Part shown: piece after piece, positions 1 through 12,399 of the stretch
Layout: every line of letters begins with the position of its first letter
How positions within the stretch are numbered: the stretch's first letter is position 1
Made by a program: the position numbers and the translations under genes
The notes under the pieces: model-generated
Database searches by the model: none
The model's input: only the letters and a program-made list of their open reading frames with translations
Told to the model about the DNA's origin: nothing
Assembly (NCBI GenBank): GCA_030264375.1
Contig: JASCQW010000001.1
Location: forward strand, 105,831,918 to 105,895,903
Source: Carcharhinus longimanus
Lineage: Eukaryota
Length of the DNA: 63,986 bases
Direction of reading: 5' to 3'

Positions 1-182
1 CCCCGCCCCCCCACACACAAATCTAAAGTTTTGCAGAAAAAATGTTTCTGCTTTTGACATGCCAGCAAGTCCCGGTTGTATCTGCCACCTTTTGTTCACT
101 TGTGTTCGCGCTGATTTTGATGACAAATTGTTCTGTTTCGATGTTCCCAATAAAACGTTGCCGGATGAAGTGCAAACGTTAC

Positions 183-333
183 CTGCCTTGTTGCCAATTC
201 GGTCGGTTTTTTTTGGTTGTACGGAGAAGGAAGCCTCAAATGGCACTTCTGCGTCTGGAGGTGCAAATGGAATGGATTGACAATGGCCTTGTCATTTTCA
301 GCGATTCGATGTCAGATAACCTTTAGATCTTTT
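183..333 (-). other. Putative internal non-coding (5' UTR) exon, minus strand, 151 bp
   Basis: Minus-strand acceptor ttattccttgTAG|AAA and donor CAG|GTAACG. Stops occur in all three frames, so it is non-coding if real. Confidence 0.5.
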
Positions 334-546
334 CTACAAGGAATAACGTATGTCTTCTTCGTCCGCGCATCTCATTACCATAATATAGCCCTTTCCCTCA
401 GAGACTTTAATTAAAAGCAGCAAGCAGAGTTAATTATTTTTACCTCGACACGGTTATTTATGGCGGAGAATGAATCCCAGTTACCTTGTTCTACACAGGG
501 AGAGATTCGGTCAGATGTGGCTTGTGAAATCTGACTTGGACGGGGT

Positions 547-745
547 GGGGATGGAGGAGGGGGGGTGGGGGTGGTGGTGGTGGTGGTGCAGAACGTGTNN
601 NNNNNNNNNNNNNNNNNNNNNNNNNNNNNNNNNNNNNNNNNNNNNNNNNNNNNNNNNNNNNNNNNNNNNNNNNNNNNNNNNNNNNNNNNNNNNNNNNNTG
701 GGGATGGAGGAGGGGGGGTGGTGGTGGTGGTGGTGGTGGTGCAGA
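547..745. repeat. (GGT)n / G-rich microsatellite, duplicated on both sides of a ~100-N gap
   Basis: tggggatggaggagggggg(g)tggtggtgg...gcagaa is seen at ~547-595 and again at ~699-746. Confidence 0.85.
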
Positions 746-1599
746 AAGTGTTTTGCCTGGTTTTTGAACGGGATCAGCAGCAATTTCCTGACTCATTCCT
801 AAATCATAACTGGTTTCAAGCCCCGAACCTACACGATTCAAACTTAAGCAGGTTTAAAGAGGCAGAATTCGATGGTACTTGATAACGTCCTGGTTAATCT
901 GAGATTTTATCTAGACCGAATCGTACCATTTTACATAACCCTTTCATTAAAAAAGGCAAAACGAGATGCAAATGTAACAAATAAATTGCCCGATAAATCA
1001 GTAGTGTTTACATCTAGATCTGAAAAAGAAAAAAGTTAAAGGCAAAGATAAAACTTCCGCTCTACACCGCAAATAAAACAAAATCCGCTTATACTTACAA
1101 ATATTAGGTAATGAATGTGAGGAGCCGCCAATTCTAATGGTAACTAACTGGCATTCGCCCAGTGCTGCCTTTCACTCAACACTGGAACCGATGTGAACCG
1201 AGCCAAGAGGACAAATGTGCTCTCCCTGAACTTGAAGAGTGACTGCTAACATCGGAGCGCAGAGGAGCGAGTCTCTCCCAACAAAACCTGCCCGTTTACT
1301 TTACAGAAAGTGAGACTGTATACGCCTTACCTGACGGCGATGCGAAACCCGAAAGCTCTCCTCCACGTCTCTCTTCCCCTGCCCCCAAAAATATTTTGCT
1401 TTGCAAGAGAAATAAAAATGCAACATATGCTGCCAAGTCATCTCACCATGCGTTTTATTGTGAACCAGGTCGCGCGTCGCTTGGGGCGTCCAGGAAAAAT
1501 AAAAGACGCCTTAATGAATATGCATCTCTTCCCATCCTCAGCAGAGCAAATCAGCGTTTAGGACGAAGGGGAGGTGGGGGGGGGGGGGAAGAAAAGTAA

Positions 1600-2400
1600 A
1601 GACTCACCAGAAAGAAAACGACGTGTTTTGGTTTAAAAGCTCTCTTTCTTTATTTTTGGGGAGGGGGGAGAGGCGGGGGTGGAATGTGTGCAGGAGGAGG
1701 ATGGAGTCGCAGCTGGAGGTGCAGCTCTCCCTGTGCTGTCAGTGCAATGGCATCGCTGGTGAAAGTGGCGGTGATGTTGCGGTTCCGATGCAGAGAGAGC
1801 GAGAGAAAGAGGAGGGGGGAAACCGCGCACAGAGAGTTACATCTGGGCCCGAGTGGCAGACACTTTGTTGGAGATCATCTATCCAATGACGCGTGACACT
1901 CCAGCCGCTCACACCCCCAGCTCGCGCCACGTACACTCCCCTCTCCCCCCGCCCCCACTTCCCGGGCCAGCCACCCGCTCCCGCTCCCCATTGGCCNNNN
2001 NNNNNNNNNNNNNNNNNNNNNNNNNNNNNNNNNNNNNNNNNNNNNNNNNNNNNNNNNNNNNNNNNNNNNNNNNNNNNNNNNNNNNNNNNNNNNNNNNNNN
2101 NNNNNNNNNNNNACACGTGTCCGCGCCCCCGCCCGCGCGCCTATCGGCTCTGATTTGGACAGTGGTTGGTCAGCGTGGCTCGGCGGCGCGCGCAGCGGAG
2201 AAGGGCGCGGCTCGAGCCGGATGGCGGCGCGAGCGAGTCGAGAGAGGAGGTACTGGCTGGCAAAAGGGGGACTCTGCAGCTCGGGTTCGCTTCACCTCTC
2301 CGGCTCAGGGCAGCGGGAGCGGAGGAGAGGGAGCTCGGCTCTCACTCCATGACTCTCCCATTGCACCCACCATTGCCCATAATGAGGCCAATTTATCCAT
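1600..2400. promoter_or_regulatory. CpG-island promoter (interrupted by an N-gap), probably driving a minus-strand gene
   Basis: Very GC- and CpG-rich. CCAAT at ~1883 next to a CRE-like TGACGCGT, ATTGG at ~1990, GC boxes, CACGTG at ~2115 and GA-rich tracts. Confidence 0.8.
1608..1860 (-). other. Putative non-coding first exon of a divergent minus-strand gene (5' boundary approximate)
   Basis: Consensus minus-strand donor CTG|GTGAGT at 1608/1607, just downstream of the CpG-island core. No convincing ORF. Confidence 0.55.
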
Positions 2401-3319
2401 TTGAGGGAAAATATGCAGCGTCCAAAAGAGAGGCAACAGTATTGTACGCACACAGAACAGTGGGCTCACCATTCCTCATTCCACACAGATAACATTCAGG
2501 CTAAAGTGGATCATAAGCAGTTCAGATGGCTCGTTTGTGTTGTTTATGTCACAATTACATTAAACATCTATTTCGAAAGTGTCTCGGGATGCCTGACCCT
2601 GATCGCTGTAGGATTGTTTTTAAATAAGGCAATGGCTTATTGTTCATTTTAAGTGAGGTGCTGCTTAACTTTGTTACGTGAGAAATAGAAAAGTGAGTTT
2701 GCTCCCAGTTAAGCCTGTTTGGAAATATAGGTGACTTTTTTGTGAAACTAAAATGCATTATATACAATGCATGCTTTCCCTATGTGCTTCCAATACTGGA
2801 TTTCCCATACATGTTTGCATTGAAAACCCGTAATCAGAATAATGAAATTCCATGTGGTAAATAATCTAATGTTACAAAGTAATATTTACATTTAAGAAAG
2901 CGTAATGCCCAATGCATTATTTTTGCTACTTCGAACGTATCACCGGCTGCTAAATCTTTTAATTAACCGCAAAATAATAAGGTAATTAATAAAACTAATT
3001 TTCTACCAGTCGGACGTAATCTGTAATTACCCGTATTGTGGAAGTGCCGGTATCAATATGTAGAAAGAGATTCAGGATTGGTGATTTTGGCAGAGTTGTC
3101 ACCCCTTTTGATTGAACAACATTTCACACCATTCGGTGGGATAGTTTACAAACATCGTGAATGTCCAAACTTTCATCTTTATAGCTCAGGGCGATCCGAG
3201 TCGCCTCCATAATAGGAATTAATATAATTTACTGAATCAGGTGCAATCAGAGCTTGCGCTGTGGTAAGAACTGGGACAAATCACACTGGCGTTGAATTTA
3301 TTGCATCTAATTCAGATTT

Positions 3320-3580
3320 TAGGGAGCTGGTTAGCTCAGTCGCCTTGATGGCTAGCGTGTGATTCCCATTCTGGCTGAGGTGGGAATCTGCCTCCTCGCC
3401 ATACCCCTGAGAGTAGAAGGCAATGGCAAACCACCACCGATAAAAGCTGCCAAGACTCACGGCTGGGGATGAAGCAGTAACAGACAATGAACCAAGTACC
3501 TGCCTTCTGGTAGAGCATTCATGGAATGGAATTCCGATTTTACTGTAATTTCTAAAACTATCCAGAATCCCCACCACCCT
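3320..3580 (+). mobile_element. tRNA-derived SINE-like element with an RTE-type segment
   Basis: tRNA A-box-like head gggagctggttagctcag...gattcccattctggctgagg, followed by gaaggcaatggcaaaccacc, a motif typical of RTE-related SINE segments. Confidence 0.5.
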
Positions 3581-3649
3581 AGACAACTGATGTTTGATCG
3601 CAGGAGATATACATTTGGATCTACATCAACCTACAGAATGGTGTAATTA

Positions 3650-3872
3650 TTTATACACACCCGGCATATATACACACAACAGACATTTTTACATGTAGCA
3701 CTGAAAACATCTTCGTATACATGCATGCACATAAGTAGGTAAACAAATATGTACACAAATGTATGTACATGCGTACATAAACACACGCACATACATATAT
3801 AGGATATTCATATATACACACACAAACATTCTCCATAAATATACAGCTGGATAGATATACGGGGTATACATC
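3650..3872. repeat. Degenerate (TA/CA)n low-complexity tract
   Basis: Alternating purine-pyrimidine runs such as atatacacacaca and gcacatacatatata. Confidence 0.8.
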
Positions 3873-6800
3873 TCATGTTATGAATATTTAAATCGGAACT
3901 GTGATTGTAGAATGCTCTCACCTCCTCTGTAAATTTTCACCCGGAAAACAACACACATTTTCTGTAAACGTGCAGATGATATATTATACGTTAAGTTTCG
4001 TGGCTTATTTTACAATAATAGCTACTACAGTACCCGGAATATTACGCCCGAGGTGTTGCTATGTAAACAATTCCGTGGCTATATTGCCTTTTCAATGAGT
4101 GCATTTTGTGAATCAAGTGTGAAATCTGGAAGCTGTCACTCAAAACATTATTTTGCTGCTGCTGGATTTTCAGAATTACTAAAACTCTACGCTGAATTAA
4201 AGCATAATGAACATTATACAGCTTCAAGTGGGGCATCAAACTGGAACTAATAATGGCTTGTGTGCCAAACCACTGACATCACGTAGTGATAAAAATATGA
4301 AAATATTGAATTTAATTTGTTGTGCTTATGTGGTGGCTGTGAGATGCAGAAGGAATAAATAAACGTACACTGCATAACTCAATGAAAAGCACACAGACGC
4401 GCATGCTAACAGGACAACATGCTGTTCTAAATTACAAGATGTCTAGTCCTAGTATTAATTTTACTATAATCAAGGTCTATGTTTTTTCGCAAGAACTTGA
4501 TAGTTAGCAAAAGTAAACAACATTTAGATGCTCTACCCAACATCATTTACTTTGGTCAGGTTTGAAATGCGAGGCTTCAGTGTGAATACATAAACATTTC
4601 AGCCATCAGGCTAAGTAATTCGAATAAATAAACATCTTTAAAAAACAGATGCGAATGCAGAATAGGTGAGTTGCTGCAATATTTTTGCCCACAATTCAGA
4701 CATAAAACCCACAAAACGATTGATATGCTATCATCATAAATCTCCCTCAAACTCCCCCTCCCCTCCATTGTGCCTCTGATCAACGATGCATGATAAAACC
4801 CTTTTCCATAAAGTATTCAGTATTAAAACCACAACGCTCACCCAATCAGTAGCCATCTGCCTCCACTATAACAGCAACGTGTGTGACGAGGGATGGCAGC
4901 CAGAGCAGAGACACAATCGCGCACCAAACAGGTTGACAGTATCGAAACTGGCTGCAAACCATCATGTTGGTTCAGTCCCCAGTAAATAATTTCAACTGCA
5001 TGGGGGCCATCAACATCATTGCAAGCAAGGGCGACTCGCGTAAATTAACTTATTTATACATTCTCTGATTGCAGGCCCATTAATGTGATAGGATTTGTTG
5101 AGCAAATGCAACAGCTAAAAACTAACTTGAATGTCACCTCTTCCTTTAGATTCTTATTTATTGAGATTTAGGGCGCCCGACATGGTGATTTTCTGTCCTT
5201 CGAATGAAATGTTCTACAACAAAACCAAATTGGCTATCATAGAAAAAAAAGTCATGAATCTAAGTAGGTTCGACAGACACTGATGAAGGAGAAAAATCTT
5301 AACTGGGGACATGCTATCAAAATTATACTCAAGATCTTCCCCAGAGACGTTTTATAGGACCTGGGCAAAAGTTACAATGTGACTTGTACGTGTTGACCAA
5401 TAATGCTATAGTTAAGGAATATGTAATAAATTGACAAGTAGTATAATGACAACTTTGGTAAATTGATTTATTTAAATAGAGAGTAGCACTCCACAGTCAG
5501 TACCCAACTGGTTTCAGTGTGTGGTGTATGGTGATCTTGCGACCGCAGCTGCAGTGTGTCAGTTACAGCTGCTGCGAGTGTTTGAGTGCAGCTCACAGTA
5601 AAAAGGGCTAAGATTAATTGCACAAAACTTTTCCGCTTACACAGAGGCTTTCGCATGCTCAGCCATATATAAATAAAGTACGATTGTTGCAGGAATTGCT
5701 GTTCGACGGCCAACATAATGCTTAGAGCGAGTAGTTTAGTTTCACTTAGAACATAAGGCTATGTTTAATGAAAATAGTATTTAATCTGGCAATTAATTTA
5801 TTCAACAATGTCACGTGCACACCACCGTACAAATATTCAGGACATTAGTTAAAAATAGATTCAACATTTATTTTATTTGTGTTTAATTATCTCCGCATAA
5901 ACAACAAATAAATTTCGGCACATCTAATTATTTTAAACTGAGCACCATCCTCATAAGCTTTACCTATGTCATATGCTGCTATTATCGGCGCATTAATCCC
6001 CATATTAATACCGCATAATACCCTTTTTAAACTGATCACGAATGTGTTTTCCGTCTAGCAATGGTCACATATAGTAAGCAAACACACAAACACCTTGTGT
6101 AGGTAACGTGACAAATTTCACATATTGCATTACTTCAGATTGGATAGAACTTCCTTCGCAGTGATGAACTACCTTTATTCCGCCCTTTATTATTCAGAGT
6201 CCTGATTTTAAATACATTACTGTCATTTAATAGAAACGCGTCTAATAAAAAAGTGAATAGTGGTATGTAGATTTAATATAGGTTACAACTATACAGTGTT
6301 TCTTAATTACTTATTATAAAGTATTGTGAGGGATCGTTTGCAATCCAAGTTCGTGACTAAACGCCAGGAAACTTTGGATCACCATTTATTTCCAATAACA
6401 TGCAAATATTTTCACAACTTCATTCTTTGCTAGATTTTCAGCAGTGAGAAGAATGTCCAATAATGCAGCAGATATATTAATGATATTTTCTCATGCGTAA
6501 TGGTCATAACTAATCAGTTCGAATAATACTTTTACTCTTTAAAAATAAACAAACTAGAACTGCAATGCATGTAATAGTCAAAAATGACAGTCATTAATTA
6601 CAAGTAGGTAATATTATGATTTCTTTCTGATCAACTCGCAGGTTATGAGTAAGATATGACATCTCTGTTATTCACAAGCATTTCCATTATAAAACTCATT
6701 GATTATGAAACTCGTACACGGCAGGTAAGAGAGGGAAGTGATTCATCATACATCGTTATAGTTTTTTGATATTATACAAGCAAGTTTAAATAGAGATCTG

Positions 6801-9800
6801 TCTAATTTATCCAAGTGGCACAATGTGCGTGTAATACAAAGATGCCCACAATATTATCCAATTTGTATTTGCTTTGTATAAGTAACACAACTGAAATTCC
6901 GAAATCGCCCATNNNNNNNNNNNNNNNNNNNNNNNNNNNNNNNNNNNNNNNNNNNNNNNNNNATAACCCGACACTTCTTAAAAATATTCATGGGCAAATT
7001 CAGTTCCACATTCACTTTTTCTTAAATACAGTTAAATTGTATTTTACAGTTAAGTCTAAAAAAAGCAAGCAGACGGTCCAGGTATTATCCGTAGTTTTGC
7101 TTAGGAAACAAAATATAGTGACTTGTTTAACTGTTGCACTTGAATGTTCAATAAATTGATTTTAGATCATAAATATCTCCCCCCAATTCCCGATGTAAAT
7201 AAAGTATTTTCTGAGCGCCCACCTTTTGCGTCTATTTCATCGTCATTAATCACAAGTCCTCAGCAAGCTCAGCACCTAGACGAATAACTTTGATCTTTTC
7301 CAATAAAAGTTTGTGGTATGTAATAGAATGCCACTGTGTATTAATGAACATGTTAAATGCATTGCACACAATCCATCTCACATTTTCTTTCCAATATTAT
7401 TTAAGACTGGCGAGATGGATTGAAGAATCTCTTCCGTTCCTTTGCCTTCTTCTTATTGAGCATAATAGTTTTACTATTAATGGGGCGCTATATTGCTCAA
7501 CCCCGAAGCACCTTTGACGACTTATGTGTAGAAGTCATTATATTCAAACATTCTTTTAAACATTAGTTCATATAATACGATTAATACAGGACAAAATAAT
7601 CAGTTTTAAAATATCCAGCTTACCTTTTTATTTGCTCTTGATTAAACTGCAATAAAATATTTCCCAGTCACTACAGTAGTTGGCAAAAAAGTGTGAAAGG
7701 TGTTCTTTCTGAAGTGTTCAATTGAGGCTTTTGTCCTCTCCCCAGTTGCGATGTAATTAACTGCGTCTGCATGTATTCAGTCGTTTCGAGGCAACCACTC
7801 TGCTGAATAATTTGACTGTTAGAATTCAAACGACACGTCCCCTGCTCAGTAATGAACAAATCTATTTTCTCCACACTTTGTACCCCCCATCTTCTTCAAT
7901 CAGAAACAAATACAAACCGCTCCTTAATAAGCAGATATTGCTACATAATATATACATAAAGTAGAAGTTAATTTTTTAAGTCTGTTTGGAGTTAGTGTAG
8001 TATTATCACATTCGACTTAATGATATGACTAAAGGCGCCAAGAATAGATTGTTACCTTCGTATTAAGTGCTAAATTGTTCAACTCCAGTTGTTCAAAAGT
8101 AATCACAGTACCAAGAGACTTCAAATACTTGTATTTATATCACGGAATCCAACAGGGGACACCTTGTAAACAAAACATGTCGCGCACTGTAACAAAAGGT
8201 AACTTCAACTGAGCATGTTTCACGCAATTGCTTTAACTTTGGCAACGACGGTAGCCATCAATAGCAAATGTTGTGTCAGAAGTATAGATAAGATCCAACA
8301 TTAACACTAATTATATACAAAACGTAGACATTAAAATCCTATTGCTTGTTGAAAAGACCATGAAAAAGGCATAGTGTTCAGAAACAAAAGTTGTAAACAG
8401 CATGCTATTGCTAAGTTTATATAAAAACTCGGAAATAGCAATGTGTTTACCTGTTAGAACTTTTCATTCATCTGCATTTATATGTACTAAATTATCATTC
8501 TTCTAATTACCTCGAGTTCAGCGAGTTCCTTGATGTGAATTCATCAAAAAACGTTAATTTTAATACTGGTTACGTAGAATTCGACTTACCCTTTGATCAG
8601 GAACAACCAAATGACACTAAATGGTTCCTATGATAAATCACATTTTCAGTTCCTTAGCACTATGCAAACAATAAAGATATCCAACATGCCATTCCTTTAT
8701 CCTAAGACAGCACCTGGGCTTATGTCACTGGAAGCTTAATATTCACCTGGAAAATAATATTCAAAGGACCACTTGAAAAGTTACCTTGATCGAGAGAGCA
8801 AACGTGGCTAATGCGTGTGTGTGGGCGGGAACATTCCTTGCCAAAGTGGAGTTTAGACAATCCCAGTTTGATGAACTCGAGAGTGTGGCAAACGTTCAAT
8901 GCGTTAGTATTTAGGGGGGAGAAATGAAATCTTAACCCATAAGTGCGAGTTATCATGCTCTAGCAGCTAGGCATTGAGCCAACCAACGTCGTCCCCGGTT
9001 ACATGGGAATCTTGAACATTTCTTTCGGCGACCCGACAACGCACAAAACCCAGAATACACTCAGTTCAAGTAGAATTTCCACGTTCTTATTTCATTTTCT
9101 CCGTGTTGCCTGGTCTCAGTTTCTCCCTCAGGGTACGTAAAAAATAAATAGCCTGCTTTCAAAATCACATTGACATAGAGACGTGGTGATGCATTAACTC
9201 CATCTACTTTAATGACCATATATTGAACATCTAACCCTTCCATATTTAGGAACTTGGAACTTAAATCGTATTAAACAATGGGGACAAACAAGTTCAACAC
9301 CATTCAAATTGCACTGAATGTAAAACCCCGAATACTAAGAATGAGGAATTCTTTACACTAAATGTACAGCCACTGAGCCATGTTTTGACGAGCTTGCAAA
9401 CAGTAAGGATCGGGTGAGAAATTACATGTTTTTAGTACTTCGAAAAAGAGCAAAGGAGAAAATAAAGACAGCCTCTGTCGCACCAGATTCTGCACTGGAA
9501 ATTGATTTTCTCAAATTCCAGTGGAGGGCAGAAGAGTTGAAAGAATAAGTGAAGAACATCAAAAGGTTGGCAGATTAAGCCCTCGTTTATTTGCCACTGG
9601 TTGTCTCCCGACTGTCTTTAAAGCCTCGGTCCAAAGTTAATGACATCTATTAAATTTACACGTGCGGTGAAGATTTTTATGGGATCAATCATTAGATTTT
9701 TGGGCCGGTTGTTAAGCGAAGAATGCGGCATGTAATCAGGGATGTGCCACAAATCCCAGAACATTAGCAACCCCTCACCCCTGTCTTGAAACACCACAGT

Positions 9801-10321
9801 GGTGAACGCGTGTGTTGCTGCATCTAACTCAATGGGCCGGCTGCGACAATTAGAAATTAATACAAGTTCGAAGAATCCCTCCCTTATAATATTCCAAGAT
9901 TTAGTATACATGATAACTGACCATCACCCCATTGGGAAACACACATGTATCATTCCACTGAAATGGACTTCACCGGTGTAGGCTGGGACACGTTGCTTTG
10001 GGAAATGACCATGAGGAATTACCACCCTGCTTTTCTTTCTCGCTATCATATGAAGCAGTCATATGATAGCGCACAGAACGCAGCCACCGAAAGTCCCGGG
10101 TGGCATATGGGTTTTGTGCGAAATGCACCATCTTTCAGATTAGCTGGCACCGAAGCAACTGTGGTCAGCCGGCACGCTGGAGTCCCGCCATCTAGGCATT
10201 CTTTCAAATTGGGAATCAAACATTCACAATATTTCAATTAAAACGTGTTTTTAATTTGTAAACCATACGTTAAGAAATTGAAGATGTATTAAGTAATAGA
10301 CGGGCGATTAAAAATATTGGG

Positions 10322-10445
10322 TAAAAGCAAATTACTGCGGATGCTGGAATCTGAACTCAAAAGGGAAAATGCTGGAAAATCTCAGAAGATCTGACAGCAT
10401 CTGTGAGGAGAGACCTGCTGAGATTTCCCAGCATTTTCTCTTTTG
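10322..10445. mobile_element. Penelope-like element terminal repeat fragment forming an inverted repeat
   Basis: aaagcaaattactgcggatgctggaatctgaa...atgctggaaaatctcag...ctgagatttcccagcattttctc. The same family recurs at ~30312-30395, ~34803-34885 and ~44500-44635. Confidence 0.7.
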
Positions 10446-11719
10446 ATTAAAAACATCATTCATTATTCGCACAATTCTGCGTAAGATTTTATTTTAACAG
10501 TTACTAAACTATAGGGAGGGACATTTTAGCACATTTACGCAGTTTTTTTCTTAAAATAATAATGCTCCAGCCTTCATTTTGAAACGAAACAAAATTCTGA
10601 TGTTGGACTGTAGTTGTACGTCCACTATTCCTGTCAACGCAAAAGAGTTTCAGATGGACTTTGACGATAAAGGTAAAGGGTTAATTTCAGTGAGGACCCC
10701 ATCAACACTAAGACGCACTAAGGCAAAACGGTGAGCCTCTCTGCAGGAGGGAGACTGGAGCAGTATAAAGAATAAGGTCAGAAGTTGGTGTAACGAGTGT
10801 GAGGAACAGTATAAAGACTGAGAACTAGAGTGCTGCCAATAACAGCAGCTCTGGATGTGGCCAAAATTCTCCAAGGCTGACAGAAGTCCCGCCACCCAGG
10901 CAGTAAACAACCCTGCTTCTTCCAATTAAATGACTGTCGTCCTATTTAAGACAAATATCTCAGCAACTTCAACACTGCACTACTAGCAGTGGCGATTGCT
11001 GAGCCTGCATCTGTAGGATAATGGTGTGTGGATGGGCATGTGATCTCAGAGATAGCTAAGTGGAGTTTGAAGGCAGGCACCTCTGCAGCAGTGGAGGTCA
11101 TTACCATAGCAGGCTTCCCCGTGGACCATGGAGTGCTCAATAAGGAGCCCACACCTCTTTCATTCACAAAGTTTGTTGGGAGGCTAGTAATCCCCTAGGT
11201 AATGGCAGGATTTCTCACCATGGTCAAGGAAATGGAGTGACCCTTAATTGGCCACTTAACCTTACCCACAGCTGGCAAAGTGGCATGGCAGTGAGAGGAC
11301 ATTGGACATCCATGATGCCTTCTTCCACAATCCTGCCCATCACCAATTGGAAAATTCAACATGTGAGTCCATGAATGGCACAGGAGAAAATAAATCACCA
11401 TGTGATGCCATAGCAGCAGGAAACATGCAATGGTAAATCTAATGGTAAGAATTTCATTTAATTTACTCAACCTATCAATTAGTTGCTATAAAAACTAAAC
11501 CAAAGGCAATTGACAAAATACATAACCTCACTATATTTTATACATTGCAGATTGTGGACTAAATCAAATATTAAAATTGAATAGATACAGAAAAATTAAA
11601 GGGTTTTTAATTTTTCATTAAATTATAATCTGAGGAATACAGATAATCAGTTAAATGAAACATCTAAGTTACCCTATGCAAATATACCTAGTCATGTCAG
11701 CACAAGGGAAGGATGATAG

Positions 11720-11975
11720 GATTATAGGAAATAGGAACAGGAGTAGGCCATTCAGCCATCAAACCTTCTCCATATTTAATAAGTTAATGACAGATCTGAT
11801 TGTAGTTTTACTTCCACTTTCTTGTCTACCCCTTATAACTTTTAACTCCCTTGTCAATCTGAACACATTCTAACTCAGCCTTGCATATATTCAGTGACCC
11901 AACCACTGCAGCTCTCTATGCAAGAGAATTCCTAAGACTGGTGACCTTCTGAGTGAAGAAATTTCATTTCATTTT
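11720..11975 (-). mobile_element. CR1 LINE 3' end fragment
   Basis: Reverse complement of the CR1 tail: ataggaacaggagtaggccattcagcc...gagtgaagaaatttc. Confidence 0.75.
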
Positions 11976-11981
11976 TAAATG

Positions 11982-12268
11982 TTTATTTATTTGTTTTACA
12001 TGTAGGCTTACATTAACACTGCAATGAGGTTTACTGTGAAAATCTCCTAGTCACCTCACTCCAGTGCCTGTTCGGGTACACTGAGGGTGAACTTAGCATG
12101 GCCAATGCACTTAACCAGTATATCTTTCAGACTGTGGGAGGAAAGCAGAGCACTCAGAGGAAACCCATGCAGACATGGCAAGAATGTGCAGACTGCGCAG
12201 ACAGTGATCCAAGCCGGAAATCAAACCCAGGTCCCTGGCGCTGTGAGACAGCACTATGCCACGGTGCC
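11982..12268 (-). mobile_element. HE1/V-SINE family copy, alternative-tail variant
   Basis: V-domain ctgtgggaggaaagcagagcactcagaggaaacccatgcagacatggcaagaatgtgcagact, tRNA head at the right end and a taggcttacattaacactgcaatga tail. Confidence 0.85.
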
Positions 12269-12399
12269 ATCCATATTCCATGTTGCAGCTCCAGGATCCT
12301 TCACATGTCCTAGGCAATCACAAGAGCTGCATGTGTCAATAGCTAAAAGAGCTTGAACTACAGGTTTTGGAGCTTGTGAGCAGCAGCTGACATCACTAT

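Noticed and set aside
547-750. Apparent tandem duplication flanking an N-gap (also at 17388-17530 and 59687-59835)
   Set aside because: Identical or near-identical sequence on both sides of ~100-N gaps is typical of unmerged overlapping contigs or haplotypes, not biological duplication.
491-841. Poly-Pro, poly-His and poly-Trp ORFs
   Set aside because: They are translations of a (GGT)n microsatellite duplicated across a gap. The poly-Pro frame stops before the splice donor and has no domain similarity, so it is at most a uORF.
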